From the NCBI GenBank assembly GCA_965214405.1, contig OZ243956.1, forward strand, positions 2,304,001 through 2,368,000: 64,000 nucleotides of DNA, written 5' to 3'. How positions within the stretch are numbered: position 1 is the first letter of the stretch; every line of letters begins with the position of its first letter. This document shows positions 50,482-59,354 of the stretch, piece after piece. The notes beneath the pieces were generated by a model. It made no database searches, was not told the origin of the DNA, and worked only from the letters and a program-made list of their open reading frames with translations. The translations under genes and the position numbers were made by a program. Origin of the DNA: Trueperaceae bacterium (lineage in GTDB: Bacteria; Deinococcota; Deinococci; Deinococcales; Trueperaceae).

Positions 50482-50922
50482 TTAACGCGCTTCTATTCGC
50501 AACCTCTCCAAAGCCTCCCGCACCCCCGCCGGAATGGCCGTGGGTCGCCCCACCGCGCGCTCGACAAACACATGCACGAAGTAGCCCGCCGCCGCCGCGT
50601 GGGGTTCATCCTTTTTGAAAATGGCGAGTTCGTAGCGGACGCTCGAGCGGCCTAAGTGCCCCACTCGCAAGCCAATCTCTAAGCTATCGGGAAAGGCGAC
50701 CGGACTGATAAACCGGCACTGCGTCTCCACCGCGTAGGCGATGACGGGACTCTTGACGATGTCGAGCCCGCCTTGGGCGACCAAATAGCGGTTGATGGCT
50801 GTGTCGAAAAAAGAGTAGTAGAGCGCGTTATTGACGTGCCCATACATATCGTTGTCCAGCCAGCGGGTCGGCAGGGGCGCGAAATGCGGGTACGCGTCGC
50901 GGGTGATGGGAGGTTGTGGCAC
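50482..50922 (-). CDS. acyl-CoA thioesterase (hotdog fold)
   Basis: [10 protein letters not shown] motif. Confidence 0.9.
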   Translation of the reverse strand: MPQPPITRDAYPHFAPLPTRWLDNDMYGHVNNALYYSFFDTAINRYLVAQGGLDIVKSPVIAYAVETQCRFISPVAFPDSLEIGLRVGHLGRSSVRYELAIFKKDEPHAAAAGYFVHVFVERAVGRPTAIPAGVREALERLRIEAR

Positions 50923-50925
50923 GGC

Positions 50926-52032
50926 TCAGGCGAAGGTGACAAGCTGGCGGACGGCTTGCGCTTTGGCGAGGCGGTCGAAACCCGTGTTGATGTCTTCAAG
51001 CGTCAGGGTGTGGGTGTGAAGCTTGTCCACAGGCAAGAGTCCGGCCTGGTACATCGCCAAGTAACGGGGGACGTCACGGCGCGGGACGGACGAGCCCATC
51101 CACGAGCCCTTGATGGTGCGCTCTTCTAGGGCGATGCTCAAGGCGGACACCGAAAACTGTTTTTCGGGACGGGGCAACCCGATACTGACGGTGGTACCGC
51201 CGCGCCGCGTGGCCGCGTAGGCCTGCATCAACACCTGTTCGTTACCGACGCTCTCAAAGGCGGTCTGTGCGCCGCCCTTTGTTACCTCGCGGATGGCCTC
51301 AGCGGCGTCCTCCTGCGCGGCGTTGACGGTGTGCGTCGCGCCCAGCTCGAGCGCCAGCGCCAGCTTGTCTTCCAAACGGTCTACGGCGATAATCGGGTAC
51401 GCGCCCACCGCTCGAGCGCCCATCACCGCGCTCAAACCCACCCCGCCCAGGCCGAAAACCGCCACTGACGTACCCGCCTCAACGCGCGCGGTCTTGACGA
51501 CCGCGCCCACGCCCGTCAAGACCGCGCAGCCGAATAAGGCGGCTTTCTCGAGCGGCACCGCCTCGTCAATCTTTATTAGGGACTCCTGCGCGGCCACGGC
51601 AAAGCCCGCGAACGCCGACACGCCGAGAAAGTGGTGGCACGGTCTCCCCTGCGAATCCTTCAAGTGACGCCCGCCCGAGAGGAGCGCGCCCGCCGCGTTC
51701 GCCGCCGCGCCCCGTTCGCAGAGCGCGGCCCGGCCCGAGACGCAGGGGAGGCAGCGCCCGCAGGTCGGCACAAAGGAAAAGACGACGTGGTCGCCCGGCG
51801 CGACGTCGCTGACGCCCGGCCCCACCTCGCGCACGACGCCGCTCGCCTCGTGGCCCAAGACGACGGGCAGGGGGTGCGGCAGCGTGCCGTTGATGATGGA
51901 CAAATCCGAGTGGCAGAGCCCGGCGGCCACGATCTCGACCAGAACCTCGCCGCGTCCGGGTGGCGTGAGCGAAACCTCGCCTAAGACCAACGGCGCGTCC
52001 GGTTGCTGCAAGATGGCGGCTTGTGTTTTCAT
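50926..52032 (-). CDS. zinc-dependent alcohol dehydrogenase
   Basis: CHSD, GHE, CxxCxxC and GLGGVG motifs. Confidence 0.92.
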   Translation of the reverse strand: MKTQAAILQQPDAPLVLGEVSLTPPGRGEVLVEIVAAGLCHSDLSIINGTLPHPLPVVLGHEASGVVREVGPGVSDVAPGDHVVFSFVPTCGRCLPCVSGRAALCERGAAANAAGALLSGGRHLKDSQGRPCHHFLGVSAFAGFAVAAQESLIKIDEAVPLEKAALFGCAVLTGVGAVVKTARVEAGTSVAVFGLGGVGLSAVMGARAVGAYPIIAVDRLEDKLALALELGATHTVNAAQEDAAEAIREVTKGGAQTAFESVGNEQVLMQAYAATRRGGTTVSIGLPRPEKQFSVSALSIALEERTIKGSWMGSSVPRRDVPRYLAMYQAGLLPVDKLHTHTLTLEDINTGFDRLAKAQAVRQLVTFA

Positions 52033-52085
52033 GGGGTTCTCCTCACAGGATTCTTAGAGACTCGAGCGCGTCACTCACCCCAACA

Positions 52086-52152
52086 AACAAGGGGTTGCAA
52101 CCCCTTGTTGCCTCCCCTGTTGCCTTCCCTTATTGCCTCCCCTGTTACACCC
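52086..52152. repeat. 24-bp perfect palindrome followed by 12-13-bp tandem repeats
   Basis: AACAAGGGGTTGCAACCCCTTGTT, then TTGCCTCCCCTG-like units. Confidence 0.75.
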
Positions 52153-52156
52153 TTTG

Positions 52157-53395
52157 CTAGCCGTGGCGCATGAGGGAGCCGACATCTGTACGGCCACTAA
52201 GCAGTCCTCCCGCGCGTCCCGCAAGATGTTCGCCAATCGCCAGTGACGCGGTCGCGGCGGGCGAGGGGGCGTTGAGCACGTGGAGCGCGTTATGTGTTTC
52301 TTGAACTGCAAAATCGTCGATAAGCCTTCCCTGCTCGTCTATGGCCTGCGCGCGCACCCCCGCGTTGCCCCGGCGCACGTCGGCAAGCGTGACCGACGGC
52401 ACGAGCTTTTGTAGGGAGGCGACAAAGGCCCTTGGGCTGAGAGAGCGGTAGTATTCGTACGCGCCCGTCCGCCAAAAGCGCTTTGACAGGTGCCAGAAGC
52501 CGCGGAAGGAAAAGACCTCGAGCAAATCGGCAGGACTAACGGCCCCGTAGGTGTAGCCCTCGCGCGCAAACGCGAGCACCGCGTTGGGGCCAGCCTCGAC
52601 CTCGCCGCCCACCGTCCGGGTAAAGTGGACGCCCAAAAAGGGCAAGTCGGGGTCGGGCACGGGGTAGATGAGACCCCGGACGAGGTCACGCCTGTGGGAT
52701 TTAAGAAAATAATATTCTCCCCTAAACGGCACGATACGCACGCTCGGCTCTACGCCGCTCATCCGCGCGATGCGGTCGGCGTAAAGCCCCGCGCAGTTGA
52801 TGAGCGCGCGCGTGCGAATCTCCCCCCTCGAGGTCTCGATGGTGAAACCCTCCGCTCCGCCCGTGATGCTTGTCACGGGCGCGCCCGCCTCGAGCCGAAC
52901 GCCTCTTTCCATAAGCAGCGCCGCGATTTTTTGGGCCACCTTGCCGTAATCCACAATCGCGGTGTGGGGCGAGTGGATCGCCCCCAGACCGGCGGCGTGG
53001 GGCTCAATCTCCCTCAGCTCAGCGGGGCCGAGGAGCCGCAGGTTGGGCACGCCGTTCTGCTCGCCCCGCGTGAGGAGCGCCTCGAGCCCCCCCAACTCCC
53101 GCTCACGCGTCGCCACAATTACCTTGCCCACGCGCTCAAAGGGCAGGTCATGGGTTTTGCAAAAGTCTCGCATCAACCTCGCGCCCCGCACACACAGGCG
53201 GGCCTTGAGCGAGCCCGGTTTGTAGTAGATGCCCGAATGGACCACGCCCGAGTTGCGGCCCGTCTGGTGCCGCGCGACCCCCGCCTCTTTTTCGACGAGC
53301 GCGAGCTTGAGGTCCGGGTAGCGCTTTGTAAGCTCGAGCGCGGTCGCTAACCCCACGATGCCGCCGCCAATTACTGTGAAGTCATAGGTTGTCAC
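52157..53395 (-). CDS. lhgO: L-2-hydroxyglutarate oxidase
   Basis: GGGIVG, HQTGRNSGVVHSG, PFRGEY and APSPAAT motifs. Confidence 0.9.
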   Translation of the reverse strand: MTTYDFTVIGGGIVGLATALELTKRYPDLKLALVEKEAGVARHQTGRNSGVVHSGIYYKPGSLKARLCVRGARLMRDFCKTHDLPFERVGKVIVATRERELGGLEALLTRGEQNGVPNLRLLGPAELREIEPHAAGLGAIHSPHTAIVDYGKVAQKIAALLMERGVRLEAGAPVTSITGGAEGFTIETSRGEIRTRALINCAGLYADRIARMSGVEPSVRIVPFRGEYYFLKSHRRDLVRGLIYPVPDPDLPFLGVHFTRTVGGEVEAGPNAVLAFAREGYTYGAVSPADLLEVFSFRGFWHLSKRFWRTGAYEYYRSLSPRAFVASLQKLVPSVTLADVRRGNAGVRAQAIDEQGRLIDDFAVQETHNALHVLNAPSPAATASLAIGEHLAGRAGGLLSGRTDVGSLMRHG

Positions 53396-53664
53396 GGTGC
53401 GGCGCAACTGACGTTGACGACATCTTTTTGTTCTACTGCGTTTTGCTGCCTCATGACCTTCACTATAGCCTGGAAACTGACGGCGACACCTCGAGCCAGG
53501 GGGCGCGACTGCTATAGTGACGTGTTGCGAGATAAAGCTATCATCTGGGGCTTTGGGAACGCCGAACTCCTTTTGATTAGGGTGAGCTACGTTGTGAGTT
53601 CTAAAACGCGTCCAAACAAGGACTTAGCCGTACAGGAAAAACGCGCAGGAACGGGAGTGATGGG

Positions 53665-54894
53665 GTGGACTTAAAGTTTAGAGACGCCGACGTGAGCGTG
53701 TACCTTGGCCCGGCAAAGCTTTATTTCGGAGACGGCGCGGCGTCAAAACTGCACGACGTGCTCCGCGACTGTGGCGTGAGGGGCGGGCGCGTCCTCCTGG
53801 TTGCAGACCGCGACGTGGTGAGGCTCGAGCTTTCCGACCTTCCCAAAGCGTCCCTGACCACGAACGGCTTCGAGGTGGACGTTTTCTCGGACGTGGTCGG
53901 CGAACCGGAGCTGGCGGTGGTCCAAAGCTTAATCGACACGGTGCGGTCTGCATCCTACACGGCTCCATACGTTGCTGTAGTCGGGCTCGGCGGGGGCAGC
54001 GCGATGGACATGGCGAAGCTCGCCGCGGCGCTCGCCACCAACGCGGGCGAGGTGGGGGGTCTGGCGGGCGCGGTGGGGTTTGAGCACGCGCCCCTGCCGC
54101 TCGTGCTGGTGCCGACCACGGCGGGCACCGGGGCCGAGGCAACGCGGGTGTCAATGCTGTCGGTGGGGGGGCAAAAAACCATCCTGGTGAGCCCGCAGCT
54201 CGTCCCGGCGGCGGCGGTCTTGGACCCGACCCTCACGCTGTCGTTGCCGCCCCGCATCACCGCGTCCACGGGCATCGACGCATTGAGTCACGCTTTAGAA
54301 ACGCTCATGTCAAAAAACGCAAGCCCCTTCACCGACGCCGCCGCGCTCAGCGCGGTCGGCACCATCGCGCGCTCCCTGGAGGTCGCTTGCAACGAGCCTT
54401 CCAACAGTCGAGCCCGGCGCGCCATGATGTTCGCCGCGTATCAGGCCGGTCTGGCCCTCAACGCGGGCGTGGTGCTGGGTCACTCGGTCGCCTACACCAT
54501 CGCCAACCGCGCGCATCTACCCCACGGCGTCACCTGCGCGGTGGCGCTGCCCTACTGCGCGGTCTATAATGCCCCCGCGTCGGAAGAATGGCTGAAAAGC
54601 GTGACCGCCCTCCTGCCGGAGGAAGCTCGAGAAAGGGAGGGAGAACACGCCGCGTCTCCCCTCGTCCACTGGCTCGCGTCGCTCAACGAGGCCCTGGGGA
54701 TGCCCGCGTCGCTCGAGGAGGTCGGCGTCAAAGAGCAAGACCTACCCGCGATGGTTGACGAATGCCTCAACAAGTACCCCCGCCCCAACAACCCGGTTCC
54801 CGTCGAACGGGAGGGCCTGCTCGAGCTTTACGACCACCTCTTTACGGGGGATATTAGCGGGTACGCGGCGCGGCGGCTCGAGGGGGCCTTTTAG
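53665..54894 (+). CDS. iron-containing alcohol dehydrogenase family protein
   Basis: GGGSAMD, PTTAGTGAE, DALSHALE and HG motifs. Confidence 0.9.
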   Translation: MDLKFRDADVSVYLGPAKLYFGDGAASKLHDVLRDCGVRGGRVLLVADRDVVRLELSDLPKASLTTNGFEVDVFSDVVGEPELAVVQSLIDTVRSASYTAPYVAVVGLGGGSAMDMAKLAAALATNAGEVGGLAGAVGFEHAPLPLVLVPTTAGTGAEATRVSMLSVGGQKTILVSPQLVPAAAVLDPTLTLSLPPRITASTGIDALSHALETLMSKNASPFTDAAALSAVGTIARSLEVACNEPSNSRARRAMMFAAYQAGLALNAGVVLGHSVAYTIANRAHLPHGVTCAVALPYCAVYNAPASEEWLKSVTALLPEEAREREGEHAASPLVHWLASLNEALGMPASLEEVGVKEQDLPAMVDECLNKYPRPNNPVPVEREGLLELYDHLFTGDISGYAARRLEGAF

Positions 54895-54966
54895 GTGAGG
54901 TTGTGGTAACGTCTCAAATCTGTAACCGCGCACAATTTGAAAGGAACCTCTCCGAAAGGAACTCCT

Positions 54967-55749
54967 ATGGCTAGCTCCAAGGCTGACAGAGACATGTTCT
55001 CCCTAGACGGTTCTGTCGCGCTGGTCACGGGTGGGGGCCGCGGGCTGGGGCGGGGGATGGCCGAAGCGCTCGCCCGCGCGGGCGCGGACGTGGTGGTGGT
55101 GAGCCGGTCGGAGGGGGAACTCCAGAGGACGCGTGAGGGGCTCGAGCCCTACGGCGGACGCTACCTCGCGCTCCCGTGGGACCTCCAGGACGTTTCCAGC
55201 TTCCCCGCCTTGATCCAAAAAGTTGTGGACACGCTCGGCCGCCTCGACATCCTCGTCCACGCGGCGGGCATCCAGGTGAGAAAGCCCGCGGTCGAGGTTG
55301 CGCCCGATGAATGGGACCGCGTTCAAAACGTGCATCTCAAGGCCGCGTTTTTTCTCTCGAGCGAGGTCGCCAAACACCTTTTAGCGAGAGGAAGCGCGGG
55401 CAGCATCATCCTCGTCGCCTCGCTCACGAGCGAGATTGGCATCCCCCAAACCGCGCCCTATTCGGCGGCCAAGTCCGGGATGTTGGGCCTCGTCCGCACG
55501 CTCGCGGTGGAGTGGGCGCCGCAGGGGATCCGCGTCAACGCGATTGGTCCGGGTTACTTTCACACCGACCTCACCGACGCGCTCTTTAGAGACGCCGAGC
55601 GCCGCGACTGGGTGCTTTCGCGCATCCCTCAAGGCCGTCCCGGCGTGGCCGAGGATTTAGCCGGGGCCACCGTGTTCCTCGCGTCCGGCGCGTCCGCCTA
55701 CGTGACGGGGCAGGTGCTTTATGTGGACGGGGGCTGGTTGGCAGGTTGA
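54967..55749 (+). CDS. SDR oxidoreductase (gluconate 5-dehydrogenase-like)
   Basis: TGGGRGLG, YSAAK and NAIGPGYF motifs; start uncertain. Confidence 0.88.
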   Translation: MASSKADRDMFSLDGSVALVTGGGRGLGRGMAEALARAGADVVVVSRSEGELQRTREGLEPYGGRYLALPWDLQDVSSFPALIQKVVDTLGRLDILVHAAGIQVRKPAVEVAPDEWDRVQNVHLKAAFFLSSEVAKHLLARGSAGSIILVASLTSEIGIPQTAPYSAAKSGMLGLVRTLAVEWAPQGIRVNAIGPGYFHTDLTDALFRDAERRDWVLSRIPQGRPGVAEDLAGATVFLASGASAYVTGQVLYVDGGWLAG

Positions 55750-55796
55750 GGCGTTCTGGAGAATCGAGTGAGGGTACGCTGACGGATGTCGAACTA

Positions 55797-56716
55797 GGGT
55801 CTGTCTGACTAATCAAAGCCAGAGGATGATGGAGGCGAGGAGCACACCAGCACGGTAGTTTCTGCCGCGTTTGTCGTAGCGGGTGGCAACGGCGCGAAAG
55901 TCTTTAAGTCGGTTGATGCAGCGTTCGACCACGTTACGTCCTTTGTAGGCTTGCTTATCGAAAGCAGGAGGTCGTCCACCTTTTGTGCCCTTAGACAAGC
56001 GAGACTTCTTGGCATCTTCGCGCTCGGGGCTGATACAGATGATGCCCCTGCGCCTTAGTATCTTCCGCTGCTTGTTGAAACCATAAGCGCGGTCGAGTCT
56101 AAGCTGAGGGGGGCGCTTACGCGGTCGCCCTCTGCCAAGGCGGGGCACATAAATCTCGTCCAAGACCGGCTCTAGCCAAGCGGCGTCGTTGCGCTGTCCC
56201 GCCGTGATGACCACGGACAGGGGTCGCACTTTGCCGTCCGCGCAGGTATGCACCTTGCTGGTGTGGCCTCCGCGTGAGTGTCCCAGCCACTCGTCTGCTA
56301 AGGTCCCCTTTTTTCACCCTCAGCAGGCCGCTTCCTCGCCCCGCTGGCGCTGCGGTGCGCTTTAATATGAGAGCTGTCTAACGCTGCGCCGTCCCAATCA
56401 ATCTCACCCGCCGCATCGGCGTGAGCTTGAAGCCTGTGCAGGATGCGCTTCCAGACACCGTTGCGCTCCCACCTCGTGAAGCGGTCCCAGCAGGTCTGCC
56501 AAGGTCCGTAGCGTTCAGGAACGTCGCGCCAGGGAGCGCCTGTTTTCAAGCGCCACGAAATGCCGTTGATGACCTGTCGGTGGTTGCGGTAGTTGTGACC
56601 CCGTTGGGGATTGGGGGGTAGATGCGGTTTTAGTGCTTGCCACTGCTGCTCTTTTAGGTCTGTTCGTGCCATACGCCTACCCTAAACCATCTTCATCCCT
56701 TCTGTCAGACAGACCC
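55797..56716 (-). mobile_element. IS5-family insertion sequence (two-ORF type)
   Basis: Terminal inverted repeats GGGTCTGTCTGAC, each flanked by TA in a CTAG context. Confidence 0.92.
55813..56672 (-). CDS. IS5-family transposase; orfA (56672-56298) and orfB joined by a -1 shift
   Basis: [16 protein letters not shown]6G4 run at 56305-56314; the -1 frame reads [13 protein letters not shown]...[23 protein letters not shown]. Confidence 0.9.
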
Positions 56717-56750
56717 TAGATAAACGTAGTTTCTAAAATCTTCCTGCTTT

Positions 56751-57362
56751 TTACTCCTCTCCTCCCGACCTCTCCTCTACGGTCTGCGCAGTGTCCCGCA
56801 AATCGAGCCCGTTGGTGCGGTTCATGGCCGTGTCCAAACCCTGGGTGAGGTAAAGCTCGAGCGCGTCCGCCGCACTCTCCACCGTACGCGCCAAAAGCTC
56901 CCGCTCCTCCTCACGAAACGCGCTCAGCACCCAGCCCTCCACCGTCCACCGCGCGGGCGGTCTGCCGATGCCGATTTTGAGGCGGTGGAACGCGGGACCC
57001 AAGCGGGCGATGATGTCTTTCACGCCGCCCTGCCCCCCCGCGCCGCCCCCGCCGGGTTTGAAACGCAAGCGCCCCAGCGGCATGTCGAGGTCGTCGTGAA
57101 CCACCAGGATGTCATCGGGCTTGACCCCGTGTTTGGCCGCGTAACCCTGCACCGCCGCGCCCGAGAGGTTCATAAAGGTGTTGGGCTTGATGAGCAGCAC
57201 AGGGTCAGAAGGGGCGTCCAAACGGGCTTCCTCGGCATTTTTGCCCTTGCGAAAGTCCGCGCCGCGCCGCGCCGCCAAACGCTCGACAGCAAGAAACCCG
57301 GCGTTGTGCCGGGTCTCCTGGTAGCGCGGTCCGGGATTGCCCAAACCCACGATGAGTTTCAC
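56751..57362 (-). CDS. pth: peptidyl-tRNA hydrolase
   Basis: GLGNPG, TRHNAGF, FMNLSG and HDDLD motifs. Confidence 0.96.
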   Translation of the reverse strand: MKLIVGLGNPGPRYQETRHNAGFLAVERLAARRGADFRKGKNAEEARLDAPSDPVLLIKPNTFMNLSGAAVQGYAAKHGVKPDDILVVHDDLDMPLGRLRFKPGGGGAGGQGGVKDIIARLGPAFHRLKIGIGRPPARWTVEGWVLSAFREEERELLARTVESAADALELYLTQGLDTAMNRTNGLDLRDTAQTVEERSGGEE

Positions 57363-58004
57363 CTAAGCCTCGTCTTCGTCCGTTCCGTCGCCTTCGTCTT
57401 CGTCCGTCTCTTCGCCGATCACCTCGGGCTCGAGCACTTCCTCTTCCGCCGTCTCGACCTCTTCGATGAGGCGCGGCGGCAACACGGTGATGATGGTGCG
57501 CTCCAACTCGTCCAAAATCTCCGCCTCGGGCGGCAGCAAGTTGACGATATCGCTGATGTGGATGGCGTCACCAATCTCTAGCGCGCTAATGTCCACTTCT
57601 AAGTTCTGCGGGATGAGGCGCGGTATCACGCTGATATAAACCTCGCGGCGCTGCACGTCGAGCTGGCCGCCCGCCTTGGCCCCGGCTGAGGTGCCGACGA
57701 ATTCGATGGGCACGTGAACGTCGACCACCTGACCCGCCGTGACCGCGTAAAAATCCACGTGCAAAGGGACGCGGCGGCGCTTGTCCATCTGCACCGCCTT
57801 GACGAGCACCTCGTGGTTTTGACCGTCTACGTCTAAGTCAATCACGCTCGAGACGCCCTGCGACCGAAACACCCGGTCAAACGCGCGCGTGGCAACGCTC
57901 ACCGGGACGTTCAGACCCTTGTTGTAGACCACACCGGGCAAGCGGCCCGACTCGCGGAGCGCGCCGGGCTTACCGGGCGTGCGTTTTTCTGCCTCTAACT
58001 TCAT
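57363..58004 (-). CDS. rplY: 50S ribosomal protein L25/Ctc
   Basis: PGVVY and HVDFY motifs; acidic tail; prs-rplY-pth synteny. Confidence 0.95.
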   Translation of the reverse strand: MKLEAEKRTPGKPGALRESGRLPGVVYNKGLNVPVSVATRAFDRVFRSQGVSSVIDLDVDGQNHEVLVKAVQMDKRRRVPLHVDFYAVTAGQVVDVHVPIEFVGTSAGAKAGGQLDVQRREVYISVIPRLIPQNLEVDISALEIGDAIHISDIVNLLPPEAEILDELERTIITVLPPRLIEEVETAEEEVLEPEVIGEETDEDEGDGTDEDEA

Positions 58005-58031
58005 GATGCCTCCTGTTTGGCTCTCTGCTTC

Positions 58032-58076
58032 TTATATCTGTACAATTTGTACCTGTACCATTTATACCTGTACAAC
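58032..58076. repeat. three 15-bp tandem repeats
   Basis: TTATATCTGTACAAT / TTGTACCTGTACCAT / TTATACCTGTACAAC. Confidence 0.75.
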
Positions 58077-58124
58077 CGTAAAATAGCCCGTCTTACCCAT
58101 TGCCCAAACTATCGTCCAAACCAC

Positions 58125-59066
58125 CTAAGCCTTGAAAAGCGAACTCACCGAGCCGTTGTCGTGAATGTTGCGAATCGCCTTGGCGAGCAGCGACGCGACT
58201 GATAACACTTCCACCCGGTCGTGCGCGTCTACAAAGGGGATGGTGTCGGTCACGTAGATATGTTTGATGGCCTCGTGCGACAAGCGCTCCAGAGCGGGCG
58301 GCGTAAACACGGGATGCGTGGCGACCACGGTCACTTCGGGGCGCGCGCCCAGCCTGACGAGCGCGTCGATACCCCGCACCATCGTTCCCGCCGTCGAGAT
58401 CATATCATCAATCATGATGGGCCGCATACCCTTGACCTCACCAATCACGTGGGTTACCTGGGTGTCGGTGGGGGAGTCGCGCCGTTTGTAGAGCATCGCC
58501 AGGGGCAGACTGAGGTGGTTCGCCAGCCGCCGCGCCTCGGTCGCGCGGCCCACGTCGGGCGAGACGACGACGCTGTTGCCCAGGTCCGTCGATTTGAGAT
58601 GCCCACCGAGAATGTCCAAGGCGGTGAGGTGGTCTAGGGGCACATCAAAAAAGCCCTGAATCTGGCCCGCGTGTAAATCCACGGTGATAACCCTATCGAC
58701 GCCCGCGGTCTCGAGCAGATTCGACACCAGCTTGGCGGTGATGGGCTCCCGCGCCTGCACCTTTTTGTCCTGCCGGGCGTAGCCGAAGTAAGGAATCACC
58801 GCGTTCACGCGCCACGCCGAGGCGCGTTTCAAGGCGTCGGCAAAGACGAGCAGTTCCATGAGGTTGTGGTTCACCGGGTGACACGTCGACTGAATCACGT
58901 AACAGTCCGCGCCGCGCACCGACTCCTCAATCTGGATGCGGCTCTCGCCGTCGGGAAACCGGGACACGTGACAGTTCGACAGCGCCTGGCCCAAATGCTC
59001 CGCCACCGCCCCCGCCAACGCGGGCGTCGCGGAGCCGCAGAAGAGTTTGATTTCTTCGCCAATCAT
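58125..59066 (-). CDS. prs: ribose-phosphate pyrophosphokinase
   Basis: FPDGE, PYFGYARQD, DLHAGQIQGFF and DDMISTAGT motifs. Confidence 0.97.
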   Translation of the reverse strand: MIGEEIKLFCGSATPALAGAVAEHLGQALSNCHVSRFPDGESRIQIEESVRGADCYVIQSTCHPVNHNLMELLVFADALKRASAWRVNAVIPYFGYARQDKKVQAREPITAKLVSNLLETAGVDRVITVDLHAGQIQGFFDVPLDHLTALDILGGHLKSTDLGNSVVVSPDVGRATEARRLANHLSLPLAMLYKRRDSPTDTQVTHVIGEVKGMRPIMIDDMISTAGTMVRGIDALVRLGARPEVTVVATHPVFTPPALERLSHEAIKHIYVTDTIPFVDAHDRVEVLSVASLLAKAIRNIHDNGSVSSLFKA

Positions 59067-59354
59067 GACCCCACGTCCTTAACCATATGTTTTAACCATA
59101 TTCTTTCAACCATACATCCCATCATCTTGCCGCCCCGCCGCGCGAGCGTCGCACCGTAAATCTCCCTGAGGAGCTTAGGGCCGGATATTCATGATACGAG
59201 GGAAGCGTCTCATTCCGAAGTGTGTCCTGAGACCCTGAAAAGGCCAAGGGGGAGTATACACAAAAGGGCGGGGAGGATGCAAAAACCGTTTACACTTTTG
59301 TACATCCGTGTGCGCTTCATTCACCTTTCCAGCGCGAATGTTCTGGCGTCACTA

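Noticed and set aside
52086..59114. CRISPR array from the short repeats
   Set aside because: Units are 7-15 bp, lack unique 30-40-bp spacers, and no cas genes are present
59245..59300. yybP-ykoY or ykkC riboswitch
   Set aside because: AAGGGGGAGTA resembles a yybP start but the downstream conserved elements are absent and the strand is wrong for prs; the ykkC core is not present
59067..59350. tRNA gene upstream of prs
   Set aside because: No cloverleaf or TTCGA T-loop with an acceptor stem
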